From NCBI GenBank assembly GCA_964057225.1, contig OZ059894.1:16492001-16556000 (forward strand): 64,000 nucleotides of DNA. Reading direction: 5' to 3'. Under the pieces are notes generated by a model, which saw only the letters and a list, made by a program, of their open reading frames with translations, did no database searches and was not told the DNA's origin. Both the position numbers and the translations under genes were made by a program. Positions 55,674 through 64,000 of this stretch are shown here, piece after piece (the stretch's first letter is position 1; each line of letters opens with the position of its first letter). The DNA comes from Auanema rhodensis. Taxonomy: Eukaryota > Animalia > Nematoda.

Positions 55674-58070
55674 AGTAGATGTTTTTTAATAGTTGTTAGG
55701 CTTTCATAGGGTTTGTTTTTACTATGTTACGATCTGTTTCGTATATTTTTATTTATTGTTTGTTTTGTTTTTTGAATTTTATAAAAATTTTTTGAAAGTT
55801 TTGTATTATGTGTTGACTTAAACGAACAATTGACATATGATAGACACTGACAGACAAGACAAAGAGAAATTTTGAAATTTTCATTGATATACCTTGAGAA
55901 GATCCCTCTCGTATGATCTTTTGGACCTGGTTCCATAATTTATTTCCGTTTTGCCCTTTAAGCTTATCGACTCTTAAATCTTACATAGTGCCAGTAAATC
56001 AGGTTTCCTTTCGTCTGTTATCAGGCGTCAATTACAAAAAATGTGGCCACTGTCAAAGAAAAAAAAGTTATTCTCGATTATTGCCACCTGTGATGACATC
56101 TAGGGCTCCAGCTTATCCATTAATCTTACATGAATTTTTTCTTGGTTCGGAAATGAAACTGTCACTCATATGTAATAGAAAAGTATAAAGCAATTGCGTT
56201 GATTACTTTCTCTCTTCATTCCAATCCACGACAGTTCACAGTTTCTTTTTCTTACAAGCACATGGCTTTTTAGATGTTTGGTTGTGCTTTTGTTCATCAT
56301 TATCTTCAGTTTTTATGAATAATCCGTTAATCATTAAACAATTTTCATTGTTAATCCTCTTTTTTTCTTTGGATTTGAAATTGTTAGCTGTTATATAAAT
56401 GTTTCATTCTAATGTGATTATAGATTAGTTTCTTTTTTCATTGGAATCATTGTTTCTATCTGAGTTCTAGTTGAGCTTCTGATGTCACTAAGCGGGAGTA
56501 ATAGTTTGCTCCTCTCCGTAAGAGCTTCACACTGTCTGATAAGTTCTCGCTGTCAGCATGCTACACACACTGAAAAAATGAACAGTTTCTCTGGGTTTTC
56601 GATGAATATCGAAAATGTCAAATATTTTCGATTGCATCCGTCTTTTCTAGCTTTTAAGTTCTGACAGCTAAAACTTGACGTGATTCACTCATCAAAGTGG
56701 CTTCTTAAACTGTTAGCTCATTTTATGTTATGTACCAATTGTACCTACATCAACTAGCTCAAGGACATTAATGGGACCCGTTGTATCGTAAACAAGAGAA
56801 TGACCGCTCCTCACCTGTCGGCTGACCTAAAACGGAGAAACGGGGAGCATTTTCTGTTTCATAGTAACCTAGTGTTTAGCATTTGGTGGCAACTATCTTG
56901 CATCAATATGATTTTGGAATTCTTACATATTTTATGTTTCCATCAGAATATTTGATTCTTTTAAAATATTTTATGAATTTTATTCAAAGTTGTAGTCTAG
57001 TTTTTCAAAATATCTGTATTTTATCGATTCATTTTATAATATAACGAATATGATGAGAATGATTTTAATCACCGTCGTTCGTCTGCTATCATGAGTGAAT
57101 TTTGTTTCATTCAATTAATATGAATCTTCATTTACATTAAATTCTTTAAATAACTTAACTTTATAAATTATATTTGTTTATATCACTTAAAATAGATCCG
57201 AATTCATAAAACTGTTTTCTTGTTGACAGAAACAGATGATTTTGATTTCAAGTATTTGTATAAAGCTATATATGGAACAAAATATCATTGAAATTTCTCT
57301 GTATTTGGTCATTTTTATTCTCGTCGCTATGTTTTTTTTAATCATATTATAGAATGATATGTTCTATTCTAAAAATTATTATGTATTTTTTAATTCTCTT
57401 TCTAAATTTTGAACCATTGATTTGCCGCTATCATCTCAAATGATCAAACTGTCCTTATTCTCTTTGGTTCCGAAATCTTGAAGAAATGATTCAAAAGACC
57501 TTGGTATATATGGGATTATATATTTCTTAGTTTTGACTTATTCTTTTTAAGTTTTATAATCTTCTTGATTCTGGAGAATAGAAACTGTTAGGCTGTAATT
57601 TAAATATTATGGTTTCAAAATTTGTTTTTTGACGATTTGCCAACAGAAACTTGTTCCTTTCTCTAGCACGTTTTCTCATTTTCTCTCGTTCCCTCCCATG
57701 TTCATGTACGAAGCAAACTGGTCATCTCTCACCAATCATACCCTTAGCAATCCATTTTATTTCTTGGTTTTTTTTTTTTCAGATTTTTCTTCATATTTAT
57801 TAGAGATTCTAGTAATCTCTTTGAAAAGTTTAATATTACTAGCTGTACCCATCTTTGAAGTTTGTTTGATTGTAAAATAATACTTCTCATTGTACAAATT
57901 TAATCTTAATTGAATAATCGTCTGCTTTTTGATCAAGTTTTTAATACGATATGTTCATCGCTTTGTCTACTATTATTCTTATTATATCCTTTTTCTTATT
58001 ATTTTTTCTTTTCTGACAATTTTTTGAAATTTTATTTATTTACGCTTTGCAGCTTTTATTTTGCTAAAAT

Positions 58071-60371
58071 ATGGATGAACCACAAAGGGACAAAAAAAAT
58101 GAGAGTCCCCCATATTTAGCAAATGTAGTTGTTAATGATAGAAAGCCGGTGTCAAACAGAAGTACTTATATCTCAATAGTTGTTTTATTTTTCGTTAATT
58201 TATTAAATTATATGGATCGCTTTACTATTGCTGGTAAGAATTTCTTATCTTGTTTTTTCTCATTTATTTTGAATTTATAGGAGTACTAACAGATATTCAA
58301 ACTTATTATAATATTAATGATGCTGAAGGAGGATTATTACAAACTGTTTTTATTATATTTTTCATGATTTTCTCACCAATATGCGGGTATCTGGGGGACA
58401 GGTTAATCATTTTAGTGCAGTTTAATTAATATTTTCAAAATACAGATATAATCGAAAATGGATTATGGTTAGTGGTCTTATTATTTGGATTCTAGCAGTT
58501 CTTGCGTCAACATTTGTACCGGCAGAAGTAATACTATTTTTTTCCTTTTTATTTGTTTCTTACTAAGATGTTTCTAGCATTTTTGGCTTTTTTTATTGTT
58601 CCGTGGTGTTGTTGGTATTGGTGAAGCATCGTATGCTACAATCTCTCCAACTATCATTGCTGATATGTTTACGGGTTCTAAAAGAAGTCATATGCTCATG
58701 GTTTTCTACTTTGCTATTCCTGTTGGATGGTATAGATCGTCGAAGTGAAGTAAAGTGTTAACCTCTTTTTATTGTAGTGGATGCGGTTTTATTGTTGGGG
58801 CTGAAGTTGCGTCTCTTCTCGGATCTTGGAAATGGGGTGTTCGCATTACAGCTATTTTAGGTATGTGAAAGTCTCAAAACCAACTATGTAAATTATTGTA
58901 AATGTTCTTATAGGAGCTATCAGTGTATTAGCCACTGTTCTTTTTGTTTATGAACCTGAGAGAGGAAAAGCTGAACGTGAAAATGGAGAAATTGCTGCAG
59001 AAGTTAAAGCTACTAGTTATCTGAAAGATATAACATCATTATTGAAAAAGTGAGTAGAAATAGCAAGTGGATTTAGAATTTAGGATATGTATGGCATGAA
59101 CATATTCAAATATTTTCATTTGCTTAAGAGATATGAAGTGAACTGGTTGCTATCTATTGAGAAATTGCTAAACAACATTTGTAACTTTTTAACTTTCTAG
59201 CCCGACTTACATTACTTCAACTCTTGGATATACAGCCATTGTATTTGTGGTTGGAACCATGTCATGGTGGGTACCTACTGCTGTATTGCATAAAGATGCT
59301 TGGAAAAAAGATTTAAATAGTACTCAGTTGTTGGATTCTGATACAAAAGCACAGTAAGTGTTGCATTTATTTCACTTTTATCAATTTCAATTTTAATTTT
59401 ATAAACATGGAAATTCAGGGTTAACATGATATTTGGTGCTATTACTTGTATTGGAGGCATTGCTGGTGTTTTTCTAGGAACTCTCTTTTCATCTGTACTC
59501 AGTTTCAATTTTTAAAGAAAATTTCTTTTTTTGTAGTTTCTTCGTAACGGTACATGGATTTTCCGGTATATTCAGACACCCAGATCAGATGCAATCATTT
59601 GTGGTGTTGGAGCTCTAATTGGTATTCCCACTTTTTATATTGGAGTTCATTTAATTCCTTCTGAAATGGGGGTAACCTGGGTTAGTTATTATTAATACTG
59701 AAAAGTAGTCAAAACTTTATTTATAGGCAATGATGTTCATTTGTATCACTGCTCTTTGCTTCAACTGGGCCACCAATGTAGATATGCAAATGGTTGGTTA
59801 TCAAACTAAATCTATTCAAATCCATGTTTTTCAGATGGTCGTTGTTCCCCATAGAAGGAACACCGCAAATTCATGGCAAATTTTAACCTCTCACTTATTA
59901 GGAGATGCTTCGGGTCCATACATAATAGGATTGGTAAGTTGTTGGAAGTTTATCAATATCCTAGTTTTTTTCATTAATTTTCAGATTTCTGATGCAATAC
60001 GCGGAAACGATAATAGCCCTAAAGCCAATTTCTATTCATTGTTAGAAGCTTTTTACATTCCTAACGTGATACTCATCCTAAGTGCACTTCTGTTCGCAGC
60101 AGCAGCTATGACATTTGTGCGAGACCAAAGAAAATTTGCTGAAGAAATGGGTCAGTAATATTCGTAGAAATGAAAAAAGTGCAAAATAAGATCTTTTTTA
60201 TTGTAAATTTTTTTAAAGAGTATAACTTAGAAAACGCTTTCAAATAAAAATTTATTTTCAGGCACTTTAACTAACCCTAGCCGAACGTATTCTTCAAATG
60301 TCGGTTCAACTAATGAAGCATTTGTAATGAGCAAGCCTGATCTCCGTAAATACGATACTGTTAATGAATAA
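58071..60371 (+). CDS. Spinster-family MFS lysosomal transporter
   Basis: [51 protein letters not shown] and [14 protein letters not shown]. Confidence 0.95.
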
Positions 60372-60891
60372 TAACTTGTACTTATGATTTTTCAATAAAT
60401 TTTTTTTATTTAGGATATTTTTTAATCTTTTAAATTATGCAATGCACTACGTAATTTGATTATATAATGTTTCTAACTTGAAAACATTTTGGAACAAATG
60501 TTAACATATATATCTTCAAAATTCAATTGTTAAATACAAAAACCAAAACTGTATCCCTTTATTTGATCTTGGAAAATAGGAGGAGAGACACCGAAGTAGT
60601 GCCTTGATTGCTGGCGCATTTCCACTCTAAGGCGTTCGTCTAGTGTAGTTTACACATTTGAATATCGATTAAGTTCTTCTGTTTTTAATTGACCTTTTTT
60701 TTTAATTTTTATAAAAATTGATAAGACTGATAGTATAGATGCCCTTTTATAATACTCTTGGAAATTATATACTTTATAAGCATGTATAATAGTTTTCATA
60801 TTTTACTGTTTTAATGACTACAAAACTCTTTTTTTATAACCTGATCTTGTCTTAAACTAAATACCTAATATATTTTCGTTTTCTGATTGTA

Positions 60892-62774
60892 ATGCCGGAC
60901 TTGTCTGCTAATCCGCCTCTGGTGAATGGTCAAAATAATCAGTTGCCAAATTCTGTTGCTGGTTCGGGCGCACAGCAAATGCAAGCTTTTCTAGCACAGG
61001 TTTTTAGTTCCTATTTTTTTTTCTCAGTTTCTTTTTTTAAGGCAAACGCGCAAGCAGTTCAAGCTGCTGCTCAATTAGGTGCTCTTCCCTTAGGAGGTGT
61101 TTATACTTTTTTTAAATACCTTATCGTAATATTTAGCTCAACAACCTGGGGCGAACAATAACTACCCTTTGAACGGCATAGCAAACGGTAATTTGTTACA
61201 ACCGGTGAATCAACAAAGCGGGCCTGGCAACAATGCCGGAAATGCCACCCCAAGACCTGCTATCGGCCAAAATACTAGGCAAGAACCTAGACGAAGTGAG
61301 ATCTACAGGTATTTGTCATGTTAAAGTTGTTTCGTAATGTTTATTTTACTGAAGATATACCTCTGAATATCCACTTTTCGCTTCTGCATGGTCGATGAAG
61401 AAGAATGATAAATTCCGTTTAGCCGTTGGAACTGTTATGGATGTAGGAAACAATAAGGTGAATAATGCTAAATTGTTTATAATTTATATATATATATATA
61501 TAATATAGGTTTCTTTGATTCACCTTGATGATACTGCTAGTCCAGGCCAATTAGTTGAAAGAGGTGTTATACAAACAGATTTTGCTGCTAATTGTATTGC
61601 CTTTATACCTGATTTAGTAAGTAGTTTTTGTTTTTCATTCTTGTACGATTTGTTTTTGCAGGAGAATAATTTTCCTGATCTTATAGCTTTAAGTACAGAC
61701 GGACTAAGAATATATAACATATCCACTGATTGCGTTCTTTCTGAAGAGGCACAATTAACTAGTGTAAGTTATCATTATTTTACTGTTTCCATTTTTTGTG
61801 TTTCTTAAAGAATAAGTCAACTCAATTCTCTGCTCCTTTAACAAGTTTCGATTGGAACGAGGTGGAACCCAGACTAATCGGTACATCTAGTATTGACACA
61901 ACTTGCACCATATACGACGTCGAGGTACTTAATAAGCTAAGATTTATCTTCTGTTATGTCCACATTAAGGTTGGAGCTCCAGTGGGCACAACTCGAATAC
62001 CTTACAATGTTAAAACTCAACTAATCGCCCATGACAAACCCGTTCATGATATTGGTTTTAGTAAAATCCATAATGGAAGAGATCATTTCGCTACTGTTGG
62101 TTAGTTTGTTAATTTTTACGTTGGATCTTAACATATGTTTGTACAGGAGCTGATGGAAGTGCACGTATGTTCGATTTACGACATTTAGAACATTCTACCA
62201 TTGTATACGAAGATCCTGGCAAAAACCCTCTCATGAGATTAGCTTGGAATAAGCACGAACCATGTCATCTAGCAACATTTGCTCAAGATTCCGTTGAAGT
62301 TTGAATTGCTATTTAGACTTTTATTTATTTTTCCGAATTTAAAGGTTGTGATTATTGATATTCGGCAACCGTGTCATCCCCTAGCCAAATTGAAGAACCA
62401 CAGTGGTGCAGTGAATGGAATAGCATGGGCACCTCACAGCTCTCATCACATCTGCACAGCAGGTAATTCTTGGAACATTTTTTGTTTTGAATTTCCAATT
62501 AAACATTTTTATGTTAAGCTCTTGTTGGTAAAATTTAAAAAATTTGTTTTAGGTGATGATTCCCAAGCATTGATTTGGGATTTGACTGTTATGCCTAGGC
62601 CAATAGATGATCCTATTTTAGCTTATTCGGCTCAGGGTGAAGTAAGTTGATATTCCAATTTATTTTTTTATAATTTTTCCTTCTTTGAAGGTAAACCAAG
62701 TTCATTGGGGTGCTGCCCATAGTAATTGGATTTCCATTTGCTTTAACAAATCTCTGGAAATTTTGCGTGTATAG
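60892..62774 (+). CDS. DCAF7/WDR68/AN11 WD40 protein (swan-1/2-like) with Q/A/N-rich N-terminal extension
   Basis: [77 protein letters not shown] and LEILRV*. Confidence 0.95.
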
Positions 62775-63375
62775 AAACTCTAGTCCACCTTATTGCAGTT
62801 AAATAGATTTGAGTTCACTATTTCCCTGTTTTTCTTTTTCTCTTTGTGGGATTTGTGAATGCTCTTGTTATCTCTTTATATGAGTATCACTTTTCATGCA
62901 TTCCTTATCTTTGAAGTATTTTGTTCTAACCTAATTTTGTGATTTTCTTCATTTTTACCCATTTTGCACATATTCTCGGTTTGTGACCGTTATTAATCGA
63001 TTTGTTCCAAACTCTACTAAATTGAAAGCAATTTGTATGTATTTTCCTGTTATTCCGCTTGAAGTTATCTCGTTTAAGTTTGACATTTTACATGTACATA
63101 TAATTTATTACACTTCATTCTTATTTATTTAAGCGAGGTTTGTGCCTCTAGAAATACTTTACATCTATTACCTTAATTTTTTGTTTTATCTTTATCCGTT
63201 TTTAGTCTTTTTCATCGTAGTCGCTTTCCTCGTAAAGAACATTGAGAAAGAATGTGGTGCCGGAAGATTGTGTGCTTATAAGTTTTCTCTTTTTAACGGA
63301 AATAGGTAGATTTTTTGTTTAATAATTTAGTTATTATAATTATTTATTTAGCTTATTTTGTTGTTATTATCAGGT

Positions 63376-64000
63376 ATGGACAAAGCACCGTCTCTTTCGT
63401 CCCAGTCTCATTTTGGGCATATAATTCCTCCAGCTGGTGTGCAACCAGGTACGTTTTTTCATATATTAGTAACCAGTTGTTTTGCTCAGTATTTATTCTT
63501 AAAAGAATGTATTAACAATTGCCAAATAAGTTAATACTGCCGTCCGTATGAATTTGTTTAATTAAAAAAAATACTCTTTGAAAACGTGAGCCAAGCCAAT
63601 TTGATTAAGAATTTTCGAAGAGTCTTTTAAAGTTCTTTATAATTAAAATTGTGAATGTTCAGCTAATTATGTTATTGAAAATTTTATTTTTAGGAAAAGG
63701 AGGGCCTTCTAACTACCATCCTGTTAGTTCCTCACTTTTACAATCCACAAAATCCAGTACCCCAACCGCAGAAGCAGAAGTTGCGCCCAAGGTTCATTGT
63801 GTTTTTTTTTCAAATTTATCGTTATTCTTCAATATTTTAGACGGGAGATTCAGCCACAGTAGCAGAACAATCTCCTCGTGAAGCAGCTCCGGCAGATCTT
63901 TCGACTGTGATAGCTAGTTCAACCCCATCTGTAACAACAGCGAATACTGTCCCTTCTACGACATCGAGTACTCTAACAGTTACTACTCCTTCTGTTCCAA
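63376..64000 (+). CDS. 5' part of an S/T/P-rich protein (partial)
   Basis: ATG just after an ATCAG acceptor, then three exons in phase (MDKAPSLSSQSHFGH...GKGGPSNYHPV...TGDSATVAEQSPRE...), open to the window end. Confidence 0.55.

Noticed and set aside
60575-60660. Hairpin plus ACA upstream of the DCAF7 gene as an H/ACA snoRNA
   Set aside because: The pocket-to-ACA spacing is wrong and there is no convincing 5' hairpin; probably promoter sequence.

Overview
This is AT-rich, gene-dense eukaryotic DNA from a rhabditid nematode, with very short introns (mostly about 40-55 nt). An Auanema-like genome is my guess, not something the sequence proves. The ORF track only catches exon fragments, so I spliced the genes by hand. 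About 27 protein-coding genes are present. Recognisable ones are mrpl-39, gly-7, NAA40, ISCA1, TDRD3, ADO, sqv-6, tig-2, cytochrome b561, prx-6/PEX6, a TTBK/CK1-like kinase, vps-54, a DEG/ENaC channel (del-6-like), ints-9, an MPST rhodanese, spinster and swan/DCAF7. There are also several orphan secreted or membrane proteins and an initiator tRNA-Met. Three features stand out. (1) A Pol III unit at about 46571-46720 (-) in which a degenerate tRNA-like A/B-box leader is fused to a box C/D snoRNA of the snR38/SNORD1 family; its second antisense element abuts the D box. (2) The DEG/ENaC gene is nested antisense in a 4.2-kb vps-54 intron, with a probable first exon in a different vps-54 intron, so the two genes interleave. 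(3) A probable five-gene trans-spliced operon: sqv-6, ADO, TDRD3, ISCA1, NAA40. CDS coordinates are start-to-stop spans including introns. Gene identities come from recalled family motifs, not database searches.
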